Assembly (NCBI GenBank): GCA_964270895.1
Contig: OZ185446.1
Strand: one strand, 5' to 3'
DNA from: Podarcis filfolensis
Lineage: Eukaryota
Length of the DNA: 64,000 nt
Shown here: positions 11,340 to 24,729 of the stretch, piece after piece
How positions within the stretch are numbered: the stretch's first letter is position 1
Layout of the letters: each line of letters begins with the position of its first letter
Translations under genes and position numbers: made by a program
The notes under the pieces: generated by a model
What the model saw: only the letters and a program-made list of their open reading frames with translations
What the model was told of the DNA's origin: nothing
The model's database searches: none

Positions 11340-12330
11340 TGACAATGAAGTTGACAATCCCCAGTATAACAGAGCGCTTCCTTTTTTGAAGTTGAAAAAT
11401 GAAAAAAATTGAGTCATATTACTAATTCTTTGTTGTTGACCAAGATGAATGTGTGGAAAACATGGCCACATTTCTTAGCTCTATCTGAATCCCCGCTAAC
11501 AGCTTTCTTATGCCAACCTCTCTTTTATGAAGAATTCAATATCCAGGCAAATGCTCATTGGGCTGCTAAGAGTGTTTATCATGTTTGTGCTCTGTTTGAC
11601 AAAGGCTGGGCACAGGAACTGGACGTACCCAGGCAGAAATCGAGTTATGGTTGAACCACTTGGCTTCCATTGTATCAAATCCATTCGTTCTGTAAAGCTT
11701 ACCTTTGAAAGGTGAGGGACTTGAGATCTCTTACCTTTTATGATCAACTGTGTGTGACGTCTTCTAGTAATCTGAATGGGGTGGTTTCCATATTGTATAA
11801 AATACTTAGCTCCATGTCTGTGTCTACTGAAGAAGCAGTGGGGAATGGGGGGATGGAAATCCTTCCACATGTGGTGGGAGTGTCCACTTGTACAAGTGTT
11901 CTGGATGAGATTGTTCCAGGAAATCTCTGCCGTTGTGCAACAAAGTAGTCCAAAAGCCTTAAGTTAGCTTTATTGTCAATGTTTCCTAATACAGTCCAAA
12001 ATGTTGTGTACAAGGACCTGCCCCCCCTTTTTTGCTTATGGCTGCTCATATAGAGATTGTGGAACATGGGAGACTTCACATAGACTTTACGTTCCAGGCC
12101 TGATGGAATAGAGTTTGAACTTCGCTTATGGTGGAGAAAGTGATTGAGGCTATTAGACTGGCTAGAGGAGTTAAATGTTTCCCTGATTCCCTTTTGTTGT
12201 ATATGTAACTTGATAGCAGGATGGGGTTCTTCTTTGAGAGCCTCAATGACCACTGTGGTCTGACATAATTCCAAAGCATTTTTGGCCTTTAGCTTTATAC
12301 TCCTGTGGATTTCCTCAGGCCTTTTTTTCA
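11340..12330 (-). mobile_element. Highly degraded L1-clade ORF2 3' fragment
   Basis: Frameshifted minus-strand peptides resemble L1 post-RT motifs in the expected order: IEALK..P.IKL, SKKGGAG..HFGLY, a Cys/His knuckle remnant KKCGHVFHTF, and VILGI. Confidence 0.5.
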
Positions 12331-13574
12331 GGGGCAACTCACCGGAACTCAGTTCTGGCGCCTCTCAGGTGGGTGCCCATTGCCATTATATGAGAAAGAA
12401 GGAGGCTTTCATTGTCAGTTCTGGCACCTCTTTTTCCAGAAAACTAGCACTAGATTTCCTTCACTTATCTCACTCTCCTATTATCCACCTCTGTGTTTTA
12501 CTGTCTATCCCATATCATTCATGTACCATTGTTTTGTAACACTGGTTTGTGTCCTATGGTTTGTTCTGTTTCCCATCACAAAAATTTTCAGGAAAAAATG
12601 ATTTTATAAAAAATGAAAGTATGCACAAAGAGAAACCAAGCAGCCTTGATATTAACAACGAGGGCAATTCATTTTAACTGGTGTGCTAGGTAAAAAATTG
12701 CTGCCTCAGCTCAACATCTGGCACAGTCTAAAGAAGACTGTCCTCTGGGAATTGTCAGGTTCCTGTGTACCCATATGTCCTAATGAGGGAGAAAAACACT
12801 ACAACCCAAAAATATGTTGTATCAAAAGCACCTTATGAAACCAGCCCCTCTACAGTGTGTAATGCAGAATCAGAATGCTCCCTCACCCTGTTCACAGTAT
12901 ACAAAATTAGGAGGTATCCTAGAGGTGGGGCATGAACAAGGCTGGATTGTGTGATGCACTGACCAGAAACTGCAATCACATTCCTGTTTATTGGTAGGTG
13001 CCATTGATTTTTTTACTTACAGAGCTCCAGAACCCGCAGTAGTATAATATTTCTGGACTGTCTTCACGGGAAACTCTAAGCCAAGCAGGATGCATTGGCT
13101 GTAGTAGTTTAAAATACTCCTGATGACAATGAGTCTTGTGGGTAATAAATAAATAAACTGCATCCATCAGAAGTCATGACTCATGGGAGTTTGATGACTG
13201 CCACCCCAATTATGAAACAGAGGAAACTGGAATAAAATGCATGAAACCCTACGGGCCCCTTCTGGAACCCTCACTTTGGTACATAAAAGTTTTTTTGCAA
13301 AGAATGTAGGTTTGAGCTGCAGCCAAACAACCTTGGGTGCTTGTTTTATCTTTTGTATGCTTTTCGTACTGGTATCCGAACAACAATGAAAACAGAAATA
13401 ACCGACCATCAAAGTAGGAAAGGCATGTTAGCAGACTCAGTGTGCAAAAAAGAGCAGCAGGAAGTATGGATTATAACCCACTTCTGAAAGGATGACAGAT
13501 AGGAAACCCCTCAGATAGGAATCCTACAGGAGGGCATTCCAACAGGAATGGCCCACATAAATTAGCCCCTACAT

Positions 13575-13840
13575 GTTGTTGTTGTTGTTTAGTAGTTTAG
13601 TCGTGTCCGACTCTTTGTGACCCCTTGGATCAGAGCACACCAGGCACTCCTGTCTTCCACTGCCTCCCGCAGTTTGGTCAAACACATTCTGGTAGCTTCG
13701 AGAACACTGCCCAACCATCTCGTCCTCTGTAGTCCCCTTCTCCTTGTGCCCTCCATCTTTCCCAACATCAAGGTCTTTTCCAGGGAGTCTTCTCTTCTCA
13801 TGAGGTGGCCAAAGTATTGGAGCCTCAGCTTCACGATCTG
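13575..13840 (-). mobile_element. Bov-B (RTE) LINE 3' fragment
   Basis: Peptide KLRLQYFGHLMRREDSLEKTLMLGKMEGTRRRG..RWL...GVTKSRTRL, plus a (CAA)n tail. Confidence 0.93.
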
Positions 13841-14890
13841 AGGTGTTTTTAGCTCATCTGTTGTAGGGTCTCAGAAATGTGGAGGTCATATGGGAGGAGA
13901 CATTACCCTTCCCAACCTTAGTTCCCCACTTGTTGTTGGACTGCAATTCCCCTAATTTCCAGCCAGAATGGCCAGTGTTCAGGGATGGTTGGACCTAGTC
14001 TTAATCAGGATATGCACCACTACTTCATGATGCAACCCTATACCTGCTTACCTGGGAGTAGGCCCCATTGAACTCTGCAGGACTTACCTATAAGTAGCTA
14101 CATACAGAATTGCACTCTGTGAGATCAAAACCAGTACATTGGGTTAAGCTCGGGAGCAGAACTGGTAGCAGCAAGTGTCACAAAGAGTAGGTAGAATGTG
14201 AATATTTCAATTTGTATCTGTTAACAGCTGGGCTTCAGCATTCTGCACTAGCAGACATTTCTGGACTGCCTTCAAGGGCAGCTCCAAATCAAGCATTTTA
14301 GAATAATATGTCCCATTTCCTAACAGCTGTCTCAAGTGCTCTGATGGGTTCCAAGAGTGAAAACCAGGCAAACATCCAATGACTGAAACCCGTCAAGTTT
14401 CTTTGTAGACTATTCTCCTTTCGTCTCCCCCTCTTCTTCTTCTTCTTCCTCCTCCTCCTCTTGCAAGAATAAACTTGAATTTGTTCATGCTAGTGTGCAT
14501 TTGGCTACCAAAGCAGAATGTTTTAGATTATACATAAACTGCTGGTTAAAGTGTCCCTATGCTCTACTTGACATTCCAAAAAGTATCATTGTTATTCTCT
14601 CCAGATTTCTCATTCAGTCAGAGCACTGGAGAGGTTTATATTTCCCCTTTTGTATGCTTGTAAACTTGCTTCATTCTTGCAAGATCAACCAAGCAGACTT
14701 TCACCTCACATTTTTGGAAGTCTAGTCAAGAATGACATTTTTGGAAGTCTAGTCGAGAATGACTTATTACCTTTCAGAACCACACCTGCAAAAAGTTGTG
14801 TATTCTGAGCATTGCTAAGATCAAGATAAATGCTACAATTATCCACCCCAACCAATCCTTTCTTCTCTCCTTCCTGCCCCTCCCAGCTGG

Positions 14891-15302
14891 TAGGGATGAG
14901 GTAGGAATATGATTCAATTCTCATTTAAAGGCAAATCTACCTAACTCGCACTTTCTGAAACATGTGAACCAAAGCACAGGCATCTATGAAATTTGTGTTT
15001 CCCCGAATTTTGCAGTGCAGTCTCCTCACCCCCCAGTAGCGTGTATAAAAATGCACATGTTAGCGTAAAATGTGCATACAATGCAGATATTGGCCAAAAT
15101 ATATAAAAAAATGCATTATTTTAGGGACTGTGGTTTTGAAAACAAAAAGTGTAATCAGGCAAAATTGCATAGAAAAACGTGTCCATTAGGAACTTTTCTT
15201 TTAATATAAAAAGTGTAAACTGATGTTGAATTGGGAAGAAACTTAAGATAGAAAATAAGAGAAACAGAGAGAAACAAAAAATGGCAGATTCACCAGTCCC
15301 TA
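14891..15302. mobile_element. Degraded non-autonomous DNA transposon, hAT-like TAGGGATG...CCCTA ends
   Basis: Terminal tagggatg / cagtcccta. A related partial copy ending catcccta lies at about 31640-31815. TSD not clear. Confidence 0.5.
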
Positions 15303-16454
15303 TCTGTTGGTGAAGATAGTTTGAGATGCCTAATTGTTTCTAAAGCCACTTGGAAAAGCAAGCAATATTATGGGAGGAATAATTACCAAAAGTCTTCAGA
15401 TGAATATTTTGATTTTCCCCCTCTCTTACAGTCAGAAGCCTTCCCCCTCACCATCAACCTGCATCTGGCATTCTGATAATTTTCACATAAAATCCGGATG
15501 CTTGCCAAATGCGAGACTACTGTACTGTATGTTTATAACAGTAATTACTTTTATGGTAGCTATCTGGAGCAAAATGTATTTTCTAGCAACTTATGGGCCA
15601 CATAAACTTTACTGCTGTCCTATTAGTATAGTGAACGGAAATGGAAAGCACGAGAATAGCTTCCTATATTATTTATATTATTTTATTTTTTGAAATGATT
15701 GGTATGAGTAGCTGCGCTGATTATTTTTATGGCATGATTTGAAAAACAACATCTAGATTTAGAGCTATCCTACATAATGCAAACCCCCAATCCCCCACTT
15801 TGATGGCAGCAATGCATAGCTTAAATGAGAATGAAAGGGGTCTGTTAGAAGTGACTTTTCAGTCTAGCTTGCACCCTAGGCAGTATTTTGCATTCTCGCT
15901 TTGGTTCTGCGAGAGTGTGTGTGTTTTTTCTGTGAACTACTTTTTAAAATCCTACTAAGATGTGAGAGCACTAAACAAAATGGCTTAAATAAGGGACATT
16001 GCTGGGTCATTAAAGGGCTCAGAATGCAGGGCCATGACAAAAAAGTTGCATAAAATTTCCTTATCCATGTGTTTGTGTGCCCCCCCCCCCGAAATTAAGA
16101 AATTAAGGTGATTGTTGGCTGCGATTTCACCAGCATTGCACTGCATTGCACTCATAGGAACCAACTCCTAAGGGCCAAGGTCCCTTTGCCTTCCCCATGA
16201 AATATTTGAGGGGGCTGTCCCCCCCAAGTTAAAATGCATTACCCTTCAAATGGTGTGTGTGCACTGTGTCATGTGATTGATTGCGCAGCACAGGGCTTAA
16301 CCCTCCCAATATTTTATTCAAGTTGGCACCCCTGAGTGCACCCAGTTCCCCTATAAGAAAAGTAAAAAATAAAACTCTCTTAGGTTTATGAGAATGGTAG
16401 GAAGGAGCAGGAGACCTGGGGTCCACTGCGGAAAGATTGGAGGTTCCAGGGTGG

Positions 16455-16625
16455 CATACTTACCTCTCTAGCCATTCCTATCCTCAAAACAACCCTGTGA
16501 AGTAGATTAGTCTGAGAGTGAGTGACTGGCCCAAAGTCACCCAGCAAGCTTTGTGTCTGTGTAAGGAGTTGAACCTTGGTCTCTCACATCTTAGTCAAAC
16601 ACTCTAACTGCTACACCATACTGGA
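16455..16625 (-). mobile_element. MIR-derived (Squam3-type) SINE
   Basis: CORE-like acaaccctgtgaagtag...gtgactggcccaaagtcacccagc, and reverse head ctaactgctacaccatactgg. Confidence 0.7.
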
Positions 16626-16821
16626 TCTCTTACAAAGCAGCAGCCATACCACTGAACACCTGTTGAGCAGAGGCACTGAGCCTGTGTGGTGCAGAGAAGC
16701 CCCTGCAGAATTTGATCCGCTGCTGTCAGTGAGGGGGGGGGAAGCTGTATGTTTAATTAGGGTTTTTGACCCAAATTAAGCAATAGACCTGCCTTGAAGT
16801 TATTTGCAACTGGATAAAGAC

Positions 16822-17166
16822 AGGGTGGTGCTGTGGGTTAAACCACAGAGCCTAGGGCTTGCTGATCAGAAGGTTGGTGGTTCGAATCCCCGCAACGGGG
16901 TGAGCTCCCATTGCTCTGTCCCTGCTCCTGCCAACCTAGCAGTTCGAAAGCACGTCAAAGTGCAAGTAGATAAATAGGTACCGCTCCGGCGGGAAGGTAA
17001 ACGGCGTTTCCGTGCGCTGCTCTGGTTCGCCAGAAGCAGCTTAGTCATGCTGGCCACATGACCTGGAAGCTGTACGCCGGCTCCCTCGGCCAATAAAGAG
17101 AGATGAGCGCCGCAACCCCAGAGGCAGCCACGACTGGACCTAATGGTCAGGGGTCCCTTTACCTTT
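16822..17166 (+). mobile_element. Sauria SINE
   Basis: Canonical head-body-tail (ccctttaccttt) flanked by the direct repeat taaagacagggtgg (16815-16828, 17166-17179). Confidence 0.92.
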
Positions 17167-20100
17167 AAAGACAGGGTGGGTAGCCTCTCGGTCGTCCTGC
17201 TAGGGCCCTCCTGATTGGATCCTTGGGACAGAAGGGGAGGCGGAGACTCTGCACACTTCTAGTGGAAACAGCACAACAAACAAATATAGTAGAATTCAAC
17301 AGCGGCAATTGTTCATGTTTCAAAGCTATCCTTTCAGTTAATAATATACATGCTAATAACTTGGGGGGGGGGGAGGGCTCAGCTGTACCAGGCCCTAATA
17401 CAGTGTATGCCAATAATTCTGCCCCTGACCAGCAGGCTAAACTGCTGCATGGCACTGTCTGCCCTCGATGTCACCTGCGCATTAAGTTACAGTAAAGGAG
17501 CCAGGAAAAACCCCAAGCTATGAACTTGCTCCTTCAGAGGGAGTGTGACCCCATCTAGAGCAGGCTACACACCACTCAGCTCAACAGAAAAACCACCCAC
17601 TAGCAGCATCTCACTTTTGTCTGGATTAAGCCTCAGGTGGATTTTTTGTTTTTGTTTTGCCTCTCAAGCTGTCCATGATCACAATCCAGCACATCTCCTG
17701 CCTCACCTGCAGAAAATGAAAAGGAGAAATAGAGCCGCCTGGCATCAGCATACTGATGACAATGCACTCCAAAACTCCGTATGACCCCCCCCTCAACATT
17801 TTCATATGTAGGTTAAGCAATGTGGGGGCAGATCTGACTCTTGCGGGTCTTCATGCTGGAGAACCCATGCAGCTAAGCAGTGCTCCTCAATAATCACTTT
17901 CTGGAGTTGACCACTGAAGCAGAGGGGGGACCACCACATTACAGTGTCCCCAGATACTCAGCTGAGACAGAAGACCACTAAGGTTGATGTTGTTGAAAGC
18001 TGCTGAGACATCAAAGAGAATCAACAGGGTCAGGGTCCCCCTTTCTCACTCCTCCTAAAAATGGATCTAGATTTTTTTTCTGAGTCCTTCTCTTATGCAT
18101 TCTGTACTTTCCTCCACTTCTGCCTCTGTTCACTCCCTTATTATATATACATTTAAAATTGGCCACTCTATCTCAGATACATGAGGAAGGAAAGCATTTT
18201 CCATAATATTAAACCTTTGGATTATATGACAGATATCCTCTCCATCTTCCCCTTGCCCTGAAAATGGCTTCAACTGAACATGTAAGAAGCAATAAATTTT
18301 AGGTGCTGTTTATTTGTGTTTGTGTTGCTTGGGCTTTTGGCGGCCTGAGCTCTCCCCCATTCCCCTCTTATCAAATCCCAAGGACTCCAATCTCACTGTT
18401 TAATAATGAAATGTGGTCTGACTTCTGCACATAATTATTTGGCTTCAGGACTCCTGTGAAAAATATTAGGTTGTTACAAGACATAAAATGAAGAGATTAT
18501 TAATACACCGTAGATGTATCAAGGAAATCCTTGATGGAAGGTTTGTTACATTCAGGATCTAAGGTAGCACGTTCCTCTTTCTAGATGTGATTCCTTCCAA
18601 CAGCAGGAACCTGGAAGATCTTTACCTTCTCACAGAGCAGTCCTTTACTCTTGAAACTTTATAGTCAAGCTTGATCCAGACCAAGTGATATATGGCGGGA
18701 GCCGGGGGAGAGCATTCTAGGCCTCTTCAGGCATTCAGAAATAATGTGTAAATATCAAATTGGGGGTGAAAAAGAGGCAGGCAAACCAGGTATGCCCATT
18801 CCATTCCCAGCCTTCCTGTGTTGAGCAGGAAGATCTGAAGGGGGCTTCTACGTGTGTACAGCTGAACATGAATATTCAACCGAACGTTCAGACCTTGCAA
18901 ATAAATTTGTGAAGGACAGAGATAGAGTGGGTGTATCTGCTGTGTGCATTTTAATATTGGGCCTGTGCTGTGCCATTTGCAGTGTTTATAATGATAGCTT
19001 TATTCTGAAGTGCCTTGAGCATCTAGCATAGGCAGAATATGCACATAACACAAAGTAAATCACAGAAAATGTGATTTATACTAAAATCCCGCCATTATTT
19101 CATCTGCAAAACTAGTCCTGGTGGATGAAAGTTACTTTCATTTTCTAAAATGTTCCTTGATGGCAAAGCAACTGGTATCTTTAGTTTACCAAATAAAAAA
19201 TGTAGAGCCAGGAAGCAGAAATGTATTGTGGCACTTACCCATAATACACTTATTTCAATAAGTAATTTTCCAGATGCTGGTTTCGTGCGTGTGACTGACC
19301 TGAAGTGGATTAAGAGAGAAGAGGCTAGGTCAGCTGAGACACTAGTTGTTTTGGCATTTGTATCTTCACCTATGCATTAGTTTCTCTTGGTCTGCAGTGG
19401 TATTCCAGAAACAGCGTTCCACTACTTGGTAACAGAAGGCAAAGGAGCCCTGTCTGCTCTGCTGGGTTGTTGAGTTGCTCCTATGAGCTGAGGGTTGCTT
19501 AGGGGAATGGGAGATGTATTAGAGGGCCATCTTGAAGAGCAGCAGCAACGAATTCATCCTCTCATTGCTCAGATGCATACTGTTGATGCAAATGAAGAGA
19601 AAGCTTTGACAAGTAGTTTCCACACACCCTTGAATTTGTGCCTCTGCTGGGAACTCTCAGCAGGAAATCCTCCACATGTTTTCCTTTAACGTACAGCAAC
19701 TTAAGAGAACCGTCTCATTCTGATTCAAATATCTGCATGTAGCAGTAACATAACCTAAGCAGGGCGATGATAAATGTCACTGCCGATAAAAGGAGCACAG
19801 TGATTCGACTGGAGTGAATATTCAGCCATATAACACTGAAAAGAAGAAATCTTAACAATCAACACTCGAGGGCCCTTTAAAAAGAGTAAGTGTGGCTACA
19901 TTTTTGGTATGCTGAAAAAGGAAACTCTTGAAGATGTTGAAACGATTCCTCTACATCCCCAAGGAGCAAAGCAAGGCTGTTACTGGATGCTTTACATTAC
20001 TCTGCTAATTCTGGCTTATTTTAACGGGAACAAAAAAATCTGGCTTACTTTAACAACAAAATTGTAAGTAAGTTTTTTAAATACACAGTTTTTACTTTGG

Positions 20101-21860
20101 CACAAAATTACGTGGCTAGGGTTTTTGCATGCAGAAAAAGTGTTTTATGCACTCTGTGAAAATTTTGTGCCCTTTCTGCAATACGACTATAATTAAAGTT
20201 TTGGTTTGTTACCCGTAACTATATTGGATTTCTTAATTACCATTTCCTGCTTACAAATATGTATACAAACAGTCACATTTTAATAATTAAGGTGGTTGCA
20301 TATTGCTTTGCGGTGCTAAAGACTACAGGTTCAAATGTCATGAAAAAATTAAAAACCAATTTGTGGCATTTTGCTTAATGTGTGAAATAAGTCAAAACAA
20401 TTATCCCACAAATGGTTTGAAACAGTAGAAAGCACAGTCTTTGAACGTAATGCATTGAACAAGGTACTTGTGTTACCATGTTTTGTTTTGTTTGCCTGTA
20501 GTTTCTTTCTCAGAACTGGAAAGAGTAAAGAAAAAGAAAAAAGATGATTCAAGAAAACCATTTTCATACTTTTATATACAGTTTCAAAGAAGGGGCTCAC
20601 AAAAATGAGGTTTTAAAACAGTATTTGTTGCATACACACCCAGCTCCAGCATTGATGATTTTAAAGTTTTGGCTGAAATGAGCCATGGAACCAGCTGAGT
20701 GCTGATTCACACCTGTATTTTTGAGACAGTAAAGTCTCCTGAAAGTGATGGTGGAATCCAGTTTTCCTATGGGTGGGTACAATCCTAAAAAACTGAAAAG
20801 TTACTGCCTCTGATGAACACACTGAAATAAATCATACATTGCTTGTTTTAATCTAATAAAGTATTCACTTCAGCGCTTGGTGTGCCACTAAAATAATGAA
20901 AGGTGGTTTCAATAAGACTATCTACTTAAAAGGGTATGCGAGAAAGGTAGGTGTGATTTGGGTGGGCAGCTGGACGGATGACAACTGAAAATTAAGAAAA
21001 TATGCACTCTTACATAAAGCATGTGGTTTTTAGAGCTTATAATTATGGTTACCTTGATTTAAAAAAAAAATTTAATGACTTGGCAATGAAAGGAAGTTGC
21101 CGAGTATGATTTCATATGAATGCCTTCAGGAATAGATTCGTGCCAAGGCCAGGGCATAGACCTGAAAAGGACACTAACCTAGTAGCAAACCATTGCCCCC
21201 TAACCCCAAGCAGAGCACTTCCTACTGCTCTAATTTTAAAGAAGGCAGCCTATCCCCAAAGCAATAAAACAATCCCTCCCTTAGTATTTCCAGGGCAGTT
21301 GTCCCTTCTGTCAGGGTCCAAACAGACATGATATTACATTCATTCATGCATGGAAGGTATCTGTTTCCTCTTTAACAATAGCAACTGAAGGTGGGCAGCT
21401 GGACTGAAACCATGGAGTACGTGGAGTTTAACCCATTACTCCCTGTACTGTCAGACATTGGACACCCCCACTCTGAAAGTGCCCTTTGCATTGGAAGGGG
21501 AAGGGTCCATTGGCCCCAGCCAATGTCGCTAACCAAAGGCAACATTCCTACTGTACTGATAAGAGCCAGAATTTGCTTTGCAGTGCAGGGAAAATTCCTT
21601 AACACCTCAGCATGTAATTGGCTCAGTGTATGGCATGTTTAGGCTAGTTGTAGCCAACATGGCATTTTTCAGATGTTGCTGAACTCAAACTCGCATCATC
21701 CCGGTCCCTTTCACATTCTGCATCGGTCTGGTAGGAATCGTTGTCCAGCAATTTCTTGGGTGGTGGTGTTCCCTTGGTTTAAGCCTTTTCCGAGCAAAAT
21801 AGCCAAAATAATCAAAAGGCCCTTTAGCTTCTTTCTCATGTGGTTTCTGCAACCTGCGAT

Positions 21861-22650
21861 TGTGGTTTGAGGACCCGAACCCCGCGCAGTGGAATGAAAC
21901 ACAAGGACACATGATATAAGGTTAATGGGCAAGAAAAGGCCACAACTTTATTGATTACAGCAAGTGAAAAGGTATTGGCTTAGGCATTGGATTACGTCAG
22001 CTGACTCCACCCACTCGGAGAGGGGTGAGTCTAAAAAACAAAGGGGGTTTATTCACCAGTAGGTGGAGCCTGTTGATGCTAATCCAACTATAAGCTCTCC
22101 CCTGATGTCACCGAGGGTCGTGCCATGGCCTCCCACCAAGTAGGCATCGGACAGAATACACGACCGCCGGATTCCTTTAACGGAATACCCAAAAATTGAA
22201 GGCGCAGGCGATGGCCACACCTAGCCCTTCGACACCACAACACATTATTCCAATGCCTAACCTACCCACCAATACCACGAAAGTTGTGACGATTGCTACG
22301 AGGTAGGCGAAAAAACCAAAAAGCCTAATGCCAAATGGAAAAATTCCTACCAGGCCCCCCGGACAACCAGGGTGACCAACCTAAGGTCCATAGCAAGGCC
22401 AAAAGAAAACTGGAAACCCTGCTCTAAGGGAGTGGAGGGTGGGTGACTCGCGATGGGACGACGAAAAGTGAGGGCTGGAAGCTGGCACCGCAGCAATTTA
22501 GGCTGCTGTACACGCCCCCTTGAAGGCACCTGGTTGGGTGCCTGGCCGAGGGCGGGGGCGCCAGCCAGGTGAGTGGGAGGCAGGGGGCAAACGCCCCCTG
22601 CTTCAGGCGGAGTCCGGCTCCCGGCCACAACCACTCCCCTCTCTTGCAGG
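21861..22650 (-). mobile_element. LTR-like element, probably the 3' or solo LTR of an LTR retroelement
   Basis: Inverted ends TGTGG (21861) ... CCACA (22629). Minus-strand AATAAA at 21947-21952 lies about 90 nt from the U5-like end. A purine-rich PPT-like tract (minus strand AAGAGAGGGGAG) abuts the other end. CpG-rich. No TSD found, so boundaries are uncertain. Confidence 0.6.
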
Positions 22651-23559
22651 GAGGAGAGTCTCTGTTGTTAACAAAGGACAGAATGTCAAAGGGAACTGAG
22701 ATGAAACACACATCCATACCAATGTCGGTTTTACATATGCATTATAGACCAATATAAGAAAAAACTGATTTGAGCCCTTTGTTCTTACCGAATAGGAGGA
22801 GTCTTTGAGTAAGAAAGCTTTGAAAAAGCTGAAAAATTGGAAAGATGAAACGGCACATAATAAGGATGTACATTGGGCCAGACAGCCTTCTATTCTGGTG
22901 GGGGCACTGATTTGCAGGCAGAAGCTATAGCTCCCATGATAAGGTTTAGCTGAGCCAAGGCACATAAGCCCTGTCTGTAGAAAACAGCTGTGGTACACAA
23001 ATATGAGGAAATGTAGCCTTTATTACTAATCCACACTGTTCAGTCAAGCCTGAAGATATTCTTCCTGCTTCTATAAAATCTCTGATGCGTTTTGGGTCTT
23101 ATGGCCCTTTTCCAAGGGCGAATAACATAACTTTGGAAAGCTCTGTTCAGTGTTTGCTTGAACTCACAGGATGAACTGGAGGATTGAGAGATATTAATGA
23201 GGAATTTCTCACCAATTGTGCCCTGCTGAAGCTAAAAGATGTGTAATCCATACTTCTGCATGGAATGCCTTTTACATTAACTTCAGTGTCCAGGACATCT
23301 CTGACCACTTGCATAGGTGGAGACATCCCAACATTGAAGTGAACTGGGGAGCATGTACATGCAGGAGCTGCACATAAGTTTCTGTTCTTTGGCTGCTATT
23401 TTTATTTTATGCATTCTTGCTAGAACAGCTTTCCCCACCCTGCTGTTCTCCAGTTGTTTTGGACTGCAATGAACCACCATCCCCAGCCCACATACCCACT
23501 GATTGGAGCTGGAATTCAGAACAGCCTGCAAAAGTTAGGCAGGATTCAGGAGGGATAAT

Positions 23560-24170
23560 AATAATTTTTTTTTTTTATTTATATCCTGCCCTCCCCAGCT
23601 GAAGCTGGGCTCAGAGCGGCTAACAACTGTAAAATGATAAAACATTCTAAAATCATTTCATTATAAAATTAATTCCAATCGAATTAATTGGAACCATTGG
23701 GCTAGAAGTTCTGTGAGGATTGCCAAAGGAGGGAGTCAGGCTGTGCCCTGGCCAAAGGTCTGGTGGAACAGCTCTGTCTTGCAGGCCCTGCAGAAAGATA
23801 TCAAGCCCCGCAGGGCCCTAGTCTCTTGTGACAGAGCGTTCCACCAGATCGGAGCTACAGCCGAAAAAACCCTGGCTCTGGTTGAGGCCAGCCTAACCTC
23901 TCTGTGGCCTGGGACCTCCAATATGTTTTTGTTTGAAGACTGTAAGTTCCTCTGTGGGACATACCAGGAGAGGCGGTCCCGTAGGTACGAGGGTCCTAGG
24001 CCGTATAGGGCTTTGAAGGTTAAAACCAGCACCTTAAACCTGATCCTGTACTCCACTGGGAGCCACTGCAGCTGGTATAGCACCGGGTGAATGTGGTCTC
24101 GCAGCGAGGACCCTGTAAGGAGTCTCGCCGCGGCATTCTGCACCCGCTGGAGTTTCTGGGTCAGTCTCAT
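23560..24170 (-). mobile_element. L2 LINE 3' fragment (ORF2 C-terminus and 3'UTR)
   Basis: Open frame KLQRVQNAAARLLTG...HIHPVLYQLQWLPVEYRIRFKVLVLTFKALYGLGPSYLRDRL...RVFSAVAPIWWNAL, typical of L2. Confidence 0.93.
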
Positions 24171-24729
24171 TGGTGCAAGGGAAACAGTGCTTCAAATGGA
24201 AAGTGGCCGCAGAGCAGGCCATGGATTGCGTGCTCCGTGGAGGCCTGCCCCTTTGCTCACTCGTGATTCGCTAATTCAGCAAGCGGGCGGGATCTATTTC
24301 CCAGGCTGTAAACTCAGCACGCAGGCTTTGTTTGCTGCCTAGGAAAGCATACGCAGGGCAGATTCTTCAACGCAGGGAGGAAAAAGAGGTGGTGGTAGAG
24401 CATACTGCCACGTACTGGCTGAAACAAAGCCCTGGTCCCAGTCAGTGTGGCCAGTGAGTGGTCAAGGATATTATAGCAGTAGTTCTCAACGACTGGAAGG
24501 CGCCACAACTTTCAGCTACTCCTGGGCAAGTGTGTTAGCTGGGGCTGTGTGGTGAAGTCTCAGAGTCCTCTCTGGGTGCAGGCAGGAATGAGGTGTGCAG
24601 GCGCTGTGATGTTTCTGAACTGTGGCCAGGTTGGGTGCAAAGGAGGCTTTGCCTGGTCAGCAGAGCAACATTTTCCACTTCCTGCTTTTGAAGCTACATT
24701 GTCTTAACTCTTCCAGCCCAAATTTTCAG

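Noticed and set aside
11744-12337. 197-aa minus-strand ORF, the longest in the window, as a novel gene
   Set aside because: No splice signals or recognisable domain. L1-like motifs are scattered over several frames, consistent with a decayed L1.
16822-17166. tRNA-like A/B boxes in SINE heads as tRNA genes
   Set aside because: They are tRNA-derived SINE heads continuous with SINE bodies and tails, and lack a full cloverleaf.
20961-21404. Identical 15-mer ggtgggcagctggac twice within 450 bp
   Set aside because: A single short match with no extended flanking similarity. A few such pairs are expected in a window this size.
21711-21840. Signal-peptide-like reading MRKKLKGLLIILAILLGKG next to the LTR-like element
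   Set aside because: It stops after about 42 codons, lies beyond the U5-like end with no PBS, and shows no env or other homology. Probably chance.
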